Of a stretch of 64,000 nt of DNA, positions 22,388 through 34,526 are shown piece after piece. The stretch is from NCBI RefSeq assembly GCF_964194025.1, contig NW_027451014.1, forward strand, positions 1 through 64,000, written 5' to 3'. A program made the translations under genes and the position numbers. Positions within the stretch are counted from its first letter, which is position 1; every line of letters starts with the position of its first letter. Origin of the DNA: Convolutriloba macropyga. Its lineage: Eukaryota. The notes beneath the pieces are model-generated. The model saw only the letters and a list, made by a program, of their open reading frames with translations, searched no databases and was not told where the DNA came from.

Positions 22388-23464
22388 TTAATACTTTGTG
22401 ACGCCCCCTCTAGCATCTATGCATGCTTGCACTCGGTTTGGGATGGAGTTGTAGAATTTCATGAGTGTCTCATGGGGCATGTTGTCCCATTCTTCTTGCA
22501 GCGCATTTTGGAAATTTTGTTTTGTGAGCCCTGGTCTGTTGTTCACTTTCTTGGCTACCCAGCCCCATACATTCTCAATCCAGCTGAGATCGGGGCTTTT
22601 GGCAGGCCAATCTAGTACCTTGAAGTCTTCTTGCTCAGATAGCCACCTAGTAACCTTCTTGGCAGTGTGGGCCTTGGCATTGTCTTGCTGCCAGACCCAA
22701 TAAGCACCCATCCTGGCCCTGCTTGTGTGGGGCATCCTGGGCCTCATGAGTTCCCTGGCTGCTGGGATGAGCTTCTCCTTCAAGAGATCCAAGTACACCG
22801 TTGCATTCACGCCTTTGGAGTCCGCATGCATGCCTGTGGTCCCCACAGTGGCAAACAGGGGGCTCTTTCCATACTTGGTCACCACTGCATAGGCATGCAC
22901 CTTGAAGCTGTGAGTTTCTGCAGCAATTACTGGTGGCTCTTCTCCATACATCACCCACACCTTGTCCCCAGGGCCACGAGATACAAGCCAGAAGTTCTTG
23001 CTGTCACTGATAGCCGTGTCTTCCCATGGGCTATTGCCATACAAGCCTTGCATCTCGATGCAAAACTGCTCCCTGGCTGTCTTGTGTTGTTCAGTCAGAG
23101 TTGGCTTCTTTTTGGGCTTCATACGCTGCCCCATGTGCTTTCGAATGAACTTTCTGATAGACTCTGCACTCGCTTCAATGCCCAGGCTGTCCCTCACGCG
23201 ATTAGCGATGATAGAGCACGCCAATTGTTGACGGACGCCGTCCTCCACCAGCTGCATTAGCTCAGGGTTGGTTGCTGCCAGCTTGGCAGGCCTCCCAACC
23301 CGCTTACTGTCCTGCACGTCTTGGGTGAGCCTGTGACGCTGCACCCATTTCTTGACTGTCTTGACTCCGCATTTGTGCTTACGTGCCACTTGCTTGAAGT
23401 TGCCAAGCTGTTCGTAGCTCAAAACTAGCCGCCATCGCTTGGCGACACTCGTAGGAGAGCGCAT
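22388..23464 (-). CDS. DD35E transposase T2
   Basis: Protein identical to T1. Confidence 0.95.
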   Translation of the reverse strand: MRSPTSVAKRWRLVLSYEQLGNFKQVARKHKCGVKTVKKWVQRHRLTQDVQDSKRVGRPAKLAATNPELMQLVEDGVRQQLACSIIANRVRDSLGIEASAESIRKFIRKHMGQRMKPKKKPTLTEQHKTAREQFCIEMQGLYGNSPWEDTAISDSKNFWLVSRGPGDKVWVMYGEEPPVIAAETHSFKVHAYAVVTKYGKSPLFATVGTTGMHADSKGVNATVYLDLLKEKLIPAARELMRPRMPHTSRARMGAYWVWQQDNAKAHTAKKVTRWLSEQEDFKVLDWPAKSPDLSWIENVWGWVAKKVNNRPGLTKQNFQNALQEEWDNMPHETLMKFYNSIPNRVQACIDARGGVTKY

Positions 23465-23728
23465 GGTGAAGCGCACAGCAAAATACAGTATGAGCCCACC
23501 CCAGAAGTTTGAGCTATATTTAGAAATTGTGGAGAATTCACTGCCTCAAGGCCTTTGGCCAGTCAGGAAGCATTAAGTGGCATCATAGAACCACACGTCA
23601 GCATTAAAACGTACCAACGTACCACTGATAATCCTTTGTTCTTTTGCCCCACTGTGGGGCAGTAGTTTCCCCACCAGATTCACATACATAGGAGTTTACA
23701 GTGCTTTAACCCAGTTGCATTCTTGGGC

Positions 23729-24804
23729 TTAATACTTTGTGACGCCCCCTCTAGCATCTATGCATGCTTGCACTCGGTTTGGGATGGAGTTGTAGAATTT
23801 CATGAGTGTCTCATGGGGCATGTTGTCCCATTCTTCTTGCAGCGCATTTTGGAAATTTTGTTTTGTGAGCCCTGGTCTGTTGTTCACTTTCTTGCTACCC
23901 AGCCCCATACATTCTCAATCCAGCTGAGATCGGGGCTTTTGGCAGGCCAATCTAGTACCTTGAAGTCTTCTTGCTCAGATAGCCACCTAGTAACCTTCTT
24001 GGCAGTGTGGGCCTTGGCATTGTCTTGCTGCCAGACCCAATAAGCACCCATCCTGGCCCTGCTTGTGTGGGGCATCCTGGGCCTCATGAGTTCCCTGGCT
24101 GCTGGGATGAGCTTCTCCTTCAAGAGATCCAAGTACACCGTTGCATTCACGCCTTTGGAGTCCGCATGCATGCCTGTGGTCCCCACAGTGGCAAACAGGG
24201 GGCTCTTTCCATACTTGGTCACCACTGCATAGGCATGCACCTTGAAGCTGTGAGTTTCTGCAGCAATTACTGGTGGCTCTTCTCCATACATCACCCACAC
24301 CTTGTCCCCAGGGCCACGAGATACAAGCCAGAAGTTCTTGCTGTCACTGATAGCCGTGTCTTCCCATGGGCTATTGCCATACAAGCCTTGCATCTCGATG
24401 CAAAACTGCTCCCTGGCTGTCTTGTGTTGTTCAGTCAGAGTTGGCTTCTTTTTGGGCTTCATACGCTGCCCCATGTGCTTTCGAATGAACTTTCTGATAG
24501 ACTCTGCACTCGCTTCAATGCCCAGGCTGTCCCTCACGCGATTAGCGATGATAGAGCACGCCAATTGTTGACGGACGCCGTCCTCCACCAGCTGCATTAG
24601 CTCAGGGTTGGTTGCTGCCAGCTTGGCAGGCCTCCCAACCCGCTTACTGTCCTGCACGTCTTGGGTGAGCCTGTGACGCTGCACCCATTTCTTGACTGTC
24701 TTGACTCCGCATTTGTGCTTACGTGCCACTTGCTTGAAGTTGCCAAGCTGTTCGTAGCTCAAAACTAGCCGCCATCGCTTGGCGACACTCGTAGGAGAGC
24801 GCAT
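23729..24804 (-). pseudogene. DD35E transposase T3, frameshifted
   Basis: 1-bp deletion at ~23894 (CTTGCTACCC vs CTTGGCTACCC) truncates the protein after WGWVARK. Could be a sequencing error. Confidence 0.8.
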
Positions 24805-24991
24805 GGTGAAGCGCACAGCAAAATACAGTATGAGCCCACCCCAGAAGTTTGAGCTATATTTAGAAATTGTGGAGAATTCACTGCCTCAAGGCCTTTGGCC
24901 AGTCAGGAAGCATTAAGTGGCATCATAGAACCACACGTCAGCATTAAAACGTACCAACGTACCACTGATAATCCTTTGTTCTTTTGCCCCA

Positions 24992-26371
24992 CACTGCTCC
25001 ACAAAAGTCCGTACCCCCTTGTAAATCCCTATCACACAAATTGTGGCAATTGTCTGTCATCTATGCACTTCCTGACTGCCATTCACGTTAGTTTCAAAGA
25101 CCACCGCAAACATAATTTAGCCATTCATAGTCTTGGAGAAGAATCCACGGCATGTGGCCTTTTCGAGCCCCTGGAATATCAGTTAAAGGCTAGCCACACT
25201 CTTGAAAATCGCCCAAGAAATCGGTACGTGAAATAGTACTGAGCAGCCGTAGGCCATACGGTGGCAGGTTGGTCATTGATGCCAAGCTGTCACAATAGTG
25301 CACCGCTGAAAAATATCAAATTGCAAGTCCAATTCGTCATTGAGGAGGAAATGGCGTCCATATGTGGCCATTGGGTGAGGCAGAAGCTTGCCCGAATTCA
25401 TGGGCAGCCCTGTGAGCGAAAAACCCAATTTCGTCATACGGGCTCAGAACGGAGCGCTGTCAAGGCCAGCGTGAGCAGAATTTTCGCCGTCCCGGGCCAA
25501 GGGCTGGGGCTTAGCCCGGGTCAAAATCGATTGAGACCATAAAAAAGGGTACCTTGTTTCCTCACTAAAAAGATATGGCCATTTGAAGTTTTCGTGCAGC
25601 CTGAAACTGGGCCAAGTCGCCATATTTTGGCACAAATGCCTCATTGTAATGACCACTCCCTAAGGATGATGCATGCACTCCCATCCCACTCACATGAGGT
25701 GCAAAAACAAGCATTTTCAAGGCCTCCCCCACCTTTGGCATGGGCCCCTTTCCTACTCCCTTTCCAACCTTTTTTGCATTTTTCCAGTGAGAGGGTTAAA
25801 GGGGCACCACTGGTCAGGGCTCCCCTTACCACGTTGGGCAATGGCCCTCCCCACCAACCCTTGTGCACGATGCACTATCACCATGGGTTGGTTGGCGCAC
25901 GAATAGCATGGCTTGAGTGTCTCATCCATGGTGGAAGGACTCCAGATGGTGTCAACAAGGGGCCAAAATCGGGTCGCTCGAAATCACCAGCAAAGCACCA
26001 CCAACTCATGGGGCCCTAGTGTTGTAGGGTGTGGCCTTATGGGTCCAAGCTATGCATGACGAGAGACACATTATCCTTGCTACGATGTTATAAGGAACTG
26101 AGAAGTGATCACTCATGTCTCGAAATGTGACAATATTTTTAGTTTCAGGCAAAATCGAAGTAAACTCAACATGGAATTGCCTGACCATGGGCACCCCCAC
26201 CCACCATATAATGCATAACCTTACCATTGCGTTGACATCTAAGCCATGTAACGAGTCATAATGCATTGTTCTGCAGCCAAGGGAGCCAATGATGGTTTCG
26301 TAACTCAATGCATTGGCCTTTGACAAAATTATGGGAAAACTTTAGGGGGTGCAAACTTTTGTGGAGCAGTG
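24992..26371. mobile_element. Element A copy 3
   Basis: Same TIRs and junctions as copy 2. Confidence 0.9.
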
Positions 26372-26445
26372 TGGGGCAGTAGTTTCCCCACCAGATTCAC
26401 ATACATAGGAGTTTACAGTGCTTTAACCCAGTTGCATTCTTGGGC

Positions 26446-27522
26446 TTAATACTTTGTGACGCCCCCTCTAGCATCTATGCATGCTTGCACTCGGTTTGGG
26501 ATGGAGTTGTAGAATTTCATGAGTGTCTCATGGGGCATGTTGTCCCATTCTTCTTGCAGCGCATTTTGGAAATTTTGTTTTGTGAGCCCTGGTCTGTTGT
26601 TCACTTTCTTGGCTACCCAGCCCCATACATTCTCAATCCAGCTGAGATCGGGGCTTTTGGCAGGCCAATCTAGTACCTTGAAGTCTTCTTGCTCAGATAG
26701 CCACCTAGTAACCTTCTTGGCAGTGTGGGCCTTGGCATTGTCTTGCTGCCAGACCCAATAAGCACCCATCCTGGCCCTGCTTGTGTGGGGCATCCTGGGC
26801 CTCATGAGTTCCCTGGCTGCTGGGATGAGCTTCTCCTTCAAGAGATCCAAGTACACCGTTGCATTCACGCCTTTGGAGTCCGCATGCATGCCTGTGGTCC
26901 CCACAGTGGCAAACAGGGGGCTCTTTCCATACTTGGTCACCACTGCATAGGCATGCACCTTGAAGCTGTGAGTTTCTGCAGCAATTACTGGTGGCTCTTC
27001 TCCATACATCACCCACACCTTGTCCCCAGGGCCACGAGATACAAGCCAGAAGTTCTTGCTGTCACTGATAGCCGTGTCTTCCCATGGGCTATTGCCATAC
27101 AAGCCTTGCATCTCGATGCAAAACTGCTCCCTGGCTGTCTTGTGTTGTTCAGTCAGAGTTGGCTTCTTTTTGGGCTTCATACGCTGCCCCATGTGCTTTC
27201 GAATGAACTTTCTGATAGACTCTGCACTCGCTTCAATGCCCAGGCTGTCCCTCACGCGATTAGCGATGATAGAGCACGCCAATTGTTGACGGACGCCGTC
27301 CTCCACCAGCTGCATTAGCTCAGGGTTGGTTGCTGCCAGCTTGGCAGGCCTCCCAACCCGCTTACTGTCCTGCACGTCTTGGGTGAGCCTGTGACGCTGC
27401 ACCCATTTCTTGACTGTCTTGACTCCGCATTTGTGCTTACGTGCCACTTGCTTGAAGTTGCCAAGCTGTTCGTAGCTCAAAACTAGCCGCCATCGCTTGG
27501 CGACACTCGTAGGAGAGCGCAT
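26446..27522 (-). CDS. DD35E transposase T4
   Basis: Protein identical to T1. Confidence 0.95.
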   Translation of the reverse strand: MRSPTSVAKRWRLVLSYEQLGNFKQVARKHKCGVKTVKKWVQRHRLTQDVQDSKRVGRPAKLAATNPELMQLVEDGVRQQLACSIIANRVRDSLGIEASAESIRKFIRKHMGQRMKPKKKPTLTEQHKTAREQFCIEMQGLYGNSPWEDTAISDSKNFWLVSRGPGDKVWVMYGEEPPVIAAETHSFKVHAYAVVTKYGKSPLFATVGTTGMHADSKGVNATVYLDLLKEKLIPAARELMRPRMPHTSRARMGAYWVWQQDNAKAHTAKKVTRWLSEQEDFKVLDWPAKSPDLSWIENVWGWVAKKVNNRPGLTKQNFQNALQEEWDNMPHETLMKFYNSIPNRVQACIDARGGVTKY

Positions 27523-27786
27523 GGTGAAGCGCACAGCAAAATACAGTATGAGCCCACCCCAGAAGTTTGAGCTATATTTAGAAATTGTGGAGAATTCACT
27601 GCCTCAAGGCCTTTGGCCAGTCAGGAAGCATTAAGTGGCATCATAGAACCACACGTCAGCATTAAAACGTACCAACGTACCACTGATAATCCTTTGTTCT
27701 TTTGCCCCACTGTGGGGCAGTAGTTTCCCCACCAGATTCACATACATAGGAGTTTACAGTGCTTTAACCCAGTTGCATTCTTGGGC

Positions 27787-28863
27787 TTAATACTTTGTGA
27801 CGCCCCCTCTAGCATCTATGCATGCTTGCACTCGGTTTGGGATGGAGTTGTAGAATTTCATGAGTGTCTCATGGGGCATGTTGTCCCATTCTTCTTGCAG
27901 CGCATTTTGGAAATTTTGTTTTGTGAGCCCTGGTCTGTTGTTCACTTTCTTGGCTACCCAGCCCCATACATTCTCAATCCAGCTGAGATCGGGGCTTTTG
28001 GCAGGCCAATCTAGTACCTTGAAGTCTTCTTGCTCAGATAGCCACCTAGTAACCTTCTTGGCAGTGTGGGCCTTGGCATTGTCTTGCTGCCAGACCCAAT
28101 AAGCACCCATCCTGGCCCTGCTTGTGTGGGGCATCCTGGGCCTCATGAGTTCCCTGGCTGCTGGGATGAGCTTCTCCTTCAAGAGATCCAAGTACACCGT
28201 TGCATTCACGCCTTTGGAGTCCGCATGCATGCCTGTGGTCCCCACAGTGGCAAACAGGGGGCTCTTTCCATACTTGGTCACCACTGCATAGGCATGCACC
28301 TTGAAGCTGTGAGTTTCTGCAGCAATTACTGGTGGCTCTTCTCCATACATCACCCACACCTTGTCCCCAGGGCCACGAGATACAAGCCAGAAGTTCTTGC
28401 TGTCACTGATAGCCGTGTCTTCCCATGGGCTATTGCCATACAAGCCTTGCATCTCGATGCAAAACTGCTCCCTGGCTGTCTTGTGTTGTTCAGTCAGAGT
28501 TGGCTTCTTTTTGGGCTTCATACGCTGCCCCATGTGCTTTCGAATGAACTTTCTGATAGACTCTGCACTCGCTTCAATGCCCAGGCTGTCCCTCACGCGA
28601 TTAGCGATGATAGAGCACGCCAATTGTTGACGGACGCCGTCCTCCACCAGCTGCATTAGCTCAGGGTTGGTTGCTGCCAGCTTGGCAGGCCTCCCAACCC
28701 GCTTACTGTCCTGCACGTCTTGGGTGAGCCTGTGACGCTGCACCCATTTCTTGACTGTCTTGACTCCGCATTTGTGCTTACGTGCCACTTGCTTGAAGTT
28801 GCCAAGCTGTTCGTAGCTCAAAACTAGCCGCCATCGCTTGGCGACACTCGTAGGAGAGCGCAT
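27787..28863 (-). CDS. DD35E transposase T5
   Basis: Protein identical to T1. Confidence 0.95.
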   Translation of the reverse strand: MRSPTSVAKRWRLVLSYEQLGNFKQVARKHKCGVKTVKKWVQRHRLTQDVQDSKRVGRPAKLAATNPELMQLVEDGVRQQLACSIIANRVRDSLGIEASAESIRKFIRKHMGQRMKPKKKPTLTEQHKTAREQFCIEMQGLYGNSPWEDTAISDSKNFWLVSRGPGDKVWVMYGEEPPVIAAETHSFKVHAYAVVTKYGKSPLFATVGTTGMHADSKGVNATVYLDLLKEKLIPAARELMRPRMPHTSRARMGAYWVWQQDNAKAHTAKKVTRWLSEQEDFKVLDWPAKSPDLSWIENVWGWVAKKVNNRPGLTKQNFQNALQEEWDNMPHETLMKFYNSIPNRVQACIDARGGVTKY

Positions 28864-29127
28864 GGTGAAGCGCACAGCAAAATACAGTATGAGCCCACCC
28901 CAGAAGTTTGAGCTATATTTAGAAATTGTGGAGAATTCACTGCCTCAAGGCCTTTGGCCAGTCAGGAAGCATTAAGTGGCATCATAGAACCACACGTCAG
29001 CATTAAAACGTACCAACGTACCACTGATAATCCTTTGTTCTTTTGCCCCACTGTGGGGCAGTAGTTTCCCCACCAGATTCACATACATAGGAGTTTACAG
29101 TGCTTTAACCCAGTTGCATTCTTGGGC

Positions 29128-30204
29128 TTAATACTTTGTGACGCCCCCTCTAGCATCTATGCATGCTTGCACTCGGTTTGGGATGGAGTTGTAGAATTTC
29201 ATGAGTGTCTCATGGGGCATGTTGTCCCATTCTTCTTGCAGCGCATTTTGGAAATTTTGTTTTGTGAGCCCTGGTCTGTTGTTCACTTTCTTGGCTACCC
29301 AGCCCCATACATTCTCAATCCAGCTGAGATCGGGGCTTTTGGCAGGCCAATCTAGTACCTTGAAGTCTTCTTGCTCAGATAGCCACCTAGTAACCTTCTT
29401 GGCAGTGTGGGCCTTGGCATTGTCTTGCTGCCAGACCCAATAAGCACCCATCCTGGCCCTGCTTGTGTGGGGCATCCTGGGCCTCATGAGTTCCCTGGCT
29501 GCTGGGATGAGCTTCTCCTTCAAGAGATCCAAGTACACCGTTGCATTCACGCCTTTGGAGTCCGCATGCATGCCTGTGGTCCCCACAGTGGCAAACAGGG
29601 GGCTCTTTCCATACTTGGTCACCACTGCATAGGCATGCACCTTGAAGCTGTGAGTTTCTGCAGCAATTACTGGTGGCTCTTCTCCATACATCACCCACAC
29701 CTTGTCCCCAGGGCCACGAGATACAAGCCAGAAGTTCTTGCTGTCACTGATAGCCGTGTCTTCCCATGGGCTATTGCCATACAAGCCTTGCATCTCGATG
29801 CAAAACTGCTCCCTGGCTGTCTTGTGTTGTTCAGTCAGAGTTGGCTTCTTTTTGGGCTTCATACGCTGCCCCATGTGCTTTCGAATGAACTTTCTGATAG
29901 ACTCTGCACTCGCTTCAATGCCCAGGCTGTCCCTCACGCGATTAGCGATGATAGAGCACGCCAATTGTTGACGGACGCCGTCCTCCACCAGCTGCATTAG
30001 CTCAGGGTTGGTTGCTGCCAGCTTGGCAGGCCTCCCAACCCGCTTACTGTCCTGCACGTCTTGGGTGAGCCTGTGACGCTGCACCCATTTCTTGACTGTC
30101 TTGACTCCGCATTTGTGCTTACGTGCCACTTGCTTGAAGTTGCCAAGCTGTTCGTAGCTCAAAACTAGCCGCCATCGCTTGGCGACACTCGTAGGAGAGC
30201 GCAT
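29128..30204 (-). CDS. DD35E transposase T6
   Basis: Protein identical to T1. Confidence 0.95.
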   Translation of the reverse strand: MRSPTSVAKRWRLVLSYEQLGNFKQVARKHKCGVKTVKKWVQRHRLTQDVQDSKRVGRPAKLAATNPELMQLVEDGVRQQLACSIIANRVRDSLGIEASAESIRKFIRKHMGQRMKPKKKPTLTEQHKTAREQFCIEMQGLYGNSPWEDTAISDSKNFWLVSRGPGDKVWVMYGEEPPVIAAETHSFKVHAYAVVTKYGKSPLFATVGTTGMHADSKGVNATVYLDLLKEKLIPAARELMRPRMPHTSRARMGAYWVWQQDNAKAHTAKKVTRWLSEQEDFKVLDWPAKSPDLSWIENVWGWVAKKVNNRPGLTKQNFQNALQEEWDNMPHETLMKFYNSIPNRVQACIDARGGVTKY

Positions 30205-30391
30205 GGTGAAGCGCACAGCAAAATACAGTATGAGCCCACCCCAGAAGTTTGAGCTATATTTAGAAATTGTGGAGAATTCACTGCCTCAAGGCCTTTGGCC
30301 AGTCAGGAAGCATTAAGTGGCATCATAGAACCACACGTCAGCATTAAAACGTACCAACGTACCACTGATAATCCTTTGTTCTTTTGCCCCA

Positions 30392-31771
30392 CACTGCTCC
30401 ACAAAAGTCCGTACCCCCTTGTAAATCCCTATCACACAAATTGTGGCAATTGTCTGTCATCTATGCACTTCCTGACTGCCATTCACGTTAGTTTCAAAGA
30501 CCACCGCAAACATAATTTAGCCATTCATAGTCTTGGAGAAGAATCCACGGCATGTGGCCTTTTCGAGCCCCTGGAATATCAGTTAAAGGCTAGCCACACT
30601 CTTGAAAATCGCCCAAGAAATCGGTACGTGAAATAGTACTGAGCAGCCGTAGGCCATACGGTGGCAGGTTGGTCATTGATGCCAAGCTGTCACAATAGTG
30701 CACCGCTGAAAAATATCAAATTGCAAGTCCAATTCGTCATTGAGGAGGAAATGGCGTCCATATGTGGCCATTGGGTGAGGCAGAAGCTTGCCCGAATTCA
30801 TGGGCAGCCCTGTGAGCGAAAAACCCAATTTCGTCATACGGGCTCAGAACGGAGCGCTGTCAAGGCCAGCGTGAGCAGAATTTTCGCCGTCCCGGGCCAA
30901 GGGCTGGGGCTTAGCCCGGGTCAAAATCGATTGAGACCATAAAAAAGGGTACCTTGTTTCCTCACTAAAAAGATATGGCCATTTGAAGTTTTCGTGCAGC
31001 CTGAAACTGGGCCAAGTCGCCATATTTTGGCACAAATGCCTCATTGTAATGACCACTCCCTAAGGATGATGCATGCACTCCCATCCCACTCACATGAGGT
31101 GCAAAAACAAGCATTTTCAAGGCCTCCCCCACCTTTGGCATGGGCCCCTTTCCTACTCCCTTTCCAACCTTTTTTGCATTTTTCCAGTGAGAGGGTTAAA
31201 GGGGCACCACTGGTCAGGGCTCCCCTTACCACGTTGGGCAATGGCCCTCCCCACCAACCCTTGTGCACGATGCACTATCACCATGGGTTGGTTGGCGCAC
31301 GAATAGCATGGCTTGAGTGTCTCATCCATGGTGGAAGGACTCCAGATGGTGTCAACAAGGGGCCAAAATCGGGTCGCTCGAAATCACCAGCAAAGCACCA
31401 CCAACTCATGGGGCCCTAGTGTTGTAGGGTGTGGCCTTATGGGTCCAAGCTATGCATGACGAGAGACACATTATCCTTGCTACGATGTTATAAGGAACTG
31501 AGAAGTGATCACTCATGTCTCGAAATGTGACAATATTTTTAGTTTCAGGCAAAATCGAAGTAAACTCAACATGGAATTGCCTGACCATGGGCACCCCCAC
31601 CCACCATATAATGCATAACCTTACCATTGCGTTGACATCTAAGCCATGTAACGAGTCATAATGCATTGTTCTGCAGCCAAGGGAGCCAATGATGGTTTCG
31701 TAACTCAATGCATTGGCCTTTGACAAAATTATGGGAAAACTTTAGGGGGTGCAAACTTTTGTGGAGCAGTG
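30392..31771. mobile_element. Element A copy 4
   Basis: Same TIRs and junctions as copy 2. Confidence 0.9.
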
Positions 31772-31845
31772 TGGGGCAGTAGTTTCCCCACCAGATTCAC
31801 ATACATAGGAGTTTACAGTGCTTTAACCCAGTTGCATTCTTGGGC

Positions 31846-32922
31846 TTAATACTTTGTGACGCCCCCTCTAGCATCTATGCATGCTTGCACTCGGTTTGGG
31901 ATGGAGTTGTAGAATTTCATGAGTGTCTCATGGGGCATGTTGTCCCATTCTTCTTGCAGCGCATTTTGGAAATTTTGTTTTGTGAGCCCTGGTCTGTTGT
32001 TCACTTTCTTGGCTACCCAGCCCCATACATTCTCAATCCAGCTGAGATCGGGGCTTTTGGCAGGCCAATCTAGTACCTTGAAGTCTTCTTGCTCAGATAG
32101 CCACCTAGTAACCTTCTTGGCAGTGTGGGCCTTGGCATTGTCTTGCTGCCAGACCCAATAAGCACCCATCCTGGCCCTGCTTGTGTGGGGCATCCTGGGC
32201 CTCATGAGTTCCCTGGCTGCTGGGATGAGCTTCTCCTTCAAGAGATCCAAGTACACCGTTGCATTCACGCCTTTGGAGTCCGCATGCATGCCTGTGGTCC
32301 CCACAGTGGCAAACAGGGGGCTCTTTCCATACTTGGTCACCACTGCATAGGCATGCACCTTGAAGCTGTGAGTTTCTGCAGCAATTACTGGTGGCTCTTC
32401 TCCATACATCACCCACACCTTGTCCCCAGGGCCACGAGATACAAGCCAGAAGTTCTTGCTGTCACTGATAGCCGTGTCTTCCCATGGGCTATTGCCATAC
32501 AAGCCTTGCATCTCGATGCAAAACTGCTCCCTGGCTGTCTTGTGTTGTTCAGTCAGAGTTGGCTTCTTTTTGGGCTTCATACGCTGCCCCATGTGCTTTC
32601 GAATGAACTTTCTGATAGACTCTGCACTCGCTTCAATGCCCAGGCTGTCCCTCACGCGATTAGCGATGATAGAGCACGCCAATTGTTGACGGACGCCGTC
32701 CTCCACCAGCTGCATTAGCTCAGGGTTGGTTGCTGCCAGCTTGGCAGGCCTCCCAACCCGCTTACTGTCCTGCACGTCTTGGGTGAGCCTGTGACGCTGC
32801 ACCCATTTCTTGACTGTCTTGACTCCGCATTTGTGCTTACGTGCCACTTGCTTGAAGTTGCCAAGCTGTTCGTAGCTCAAAACTAGCCGCCATCGCTTGG
32901 CGACACTCGTAGGAGAGCGCAT
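31846..32922 (-). CDS. DD35E transposase T7
   Basis: Protein identical to T1. Confidence 0.95.
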   Translation of the reverse strand: MRSPTSVAKRWRLVLSYEQLGNFKQVARKHKCGVKTVKKWVQRHRLTQDVQDSKRVGRPAKLAATNPELMQLVEDGVRQQLACSIIANRVRDSLGIEASAESIRKFIRKHMGQRMKPKKKPTLTEQHKTAREQFCIEMQGLYGNSPWEDTAISDSKNFWLVSRGPGDKVWVMYGEEPPVIAAETHSFKVHAYAVVTKYGKSPLFATVGTTGMHADSKGVNATVYLDLLKEKLIPAARELMRPRMPHTSRARMGAYWVWQQDNAKAHTAKKVTRWLSEQEDFKVLDWPAKSPDLSWIENVWGWVAKKVNNRPGLTKQNFQNALQEEWDNMPHETLMKFYNSIPNRVQACIDARGGVTKY

Positions 32923-33186
32923 GGTGAAGCGCACAGCAAAATACAGTATGAGCCCACCCCAGAAGTTTGAGCTATATTTAGAAATTGTGGAGAATTCACT
33001 GCCTCAAGGCCTTTGGCCAGTCAGGAAGCATTAAGTGGCATCATAGAACCACACGTCAGCATTAAAACGTACCAACGTACCACTGATAATCCTTTGTTCT
33101 TTTGCCCCACTGTGGGGCAGTAGTTTCCCCACCAGATTCACATACATAGGAGTTTACAGTGCTTTAACCCAGTTGTATTCTTGGGC

Positions 33187-34263
33187 TTAATACTTTGTGA
33201 CGCCCCCTCTAGCATCTATGCATGCTTGCACTCGGTTTGGGATGGAGTTGTAGAATTTCATGAGTGTCTCATGGGGCATGTTGTCCCATTCTTCTTGCAG
33301 CGCATTTTGGAAATTTTGTTTTGTGAGCCCTGGTCTGTTGTTCACTTTCTTGGCTACCCAGCCCCATACATTCTCAATCCAGCTGAGATCGGGGCTTTTG
33401 GCAGGCCAATCTAGTACCTTGAAGTCTTCTTGCTCAGATAGCCACCTAGTAACCTTCTTGGCAGTGTGGGCCTTGGCATTGTCTTGCTGCCAGACCCAAT
33501 AAGCACCCATCCTGGCCCTGCTTGTGTGGGGCATCCTGGGCCTCATGAGTTCCCTGGCTGCTGGGATGAGCTTCTCCTTCAAGAGATCCAAGTACACCGT
33601 TGCATTCACGCCTTTGGAGTCCGCATGCATGCCTGTGGTCCCCACAGTGGCAAACAGGGGGCTCTTTCCATACTTGGTCACCACTGCATAGGCATGCACC
33701 TTGAAGCTGTGAGTTTCTGCAGCAATTACTGGTGGCTCTTCTCCATACATCACCCACACCTTGTCCCCAGGGCCACGAGATACAAGCCAGAAGTTCTTGC
33801 TGTCACTGATAGCCGTGTCTTCCCATGGGCTATTGCCATACAAGCCTTGCATCTCGATGCAAAACTGCTCCCTGGCTGTCTTGTGTTGTTCAGTCAGAGT
33901 TGGCTTCTTTTTGGGCTTCATACGCTGCCCCATGTGCTTTCGAATGAACTTTCTGATAGACTCTGCACTCGCTTCAATGCCCAGGCTGTCCCTCACGCGA
34001 TTAGCGATGATAGAGCACGCCAATTGTTGACGGACGCCGTCCTCCACCAGCTGCATTAGCTCAGGGTTGGTTGCTGCCAGCTTGGCAGGCCTCCCAACCC
34101 GCTTACTGTCCTGCACGTCTTGGGTGAGCCTGTGACGCTGCACCCATTTCTTGACTGTCTTGACTCCGCATTTGTGCTTACGTGCCACTTGCTTGAAGTT
34201 GCCAAGCTGTTCGTAGCTCAAAACTAGCCGCCATCGCTTGGCGACACTCGTAGGAGAGCGCAT
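33187..34263 (-). CDS. DD35E transposase T8
   Basis: Protein identical to T1; non-coding SNP at ~33176 and 1-bp deletion at ~34422. Confidence 0.95.
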   Translation of the reverse strand: MRSPTSVAKRWRLVLSYEQLGNFKQVARKHKCGVKTVKKWVQRHRLTQDVQDSKRVGRPAKLAATNPELMQLVEDGVRQQLACSIIANRVRDSLGIEASAESIRKFIRKHMGQRMKPKKKPTLTEQHKTAREQFCIEMQGLYGNSPWEDTAISDSKNFWLVSRGPGDKVWVMYGEEPPVIAAETHSFKVHAYAVVTKYGKSPLFATVGTTGMHADSKGVNATVYLDLLKEKLIPAARELMRPRMPHTSRARMGAYWVWQQDNAKAHTAKKVTRWLSEQEDFKVLDWPAKSPDLSWIENVWGWVAKKVNNRPGLTKQNFQNALQEEWDNMPHETLMKFYNSIPNRVQACIDARGGVTKY

Positions 34264-34526
34264 GGTGAAGCGCACAGCAAAATACAGTATGAGCCCACCC
34301 CAGAAGTTTGAGCTATATTTAGAAATTGTGGAGAATTCACTGCCTCAAGGCCTTTGGCCAGTCAGGAAGCATTAAGTGGCATCATAGAACCACACGTCAG
34401 CATTAAAACGTACCAACGTACCCTGATAATCCTTTGTTCTTTTGCCCCACTGTGGGGCAGTAGTTTCCCCACCAGATTCACATACATAGGAGTTTACAGT
34501 GCTTTAACCCAGTTGCATTCTTGGGC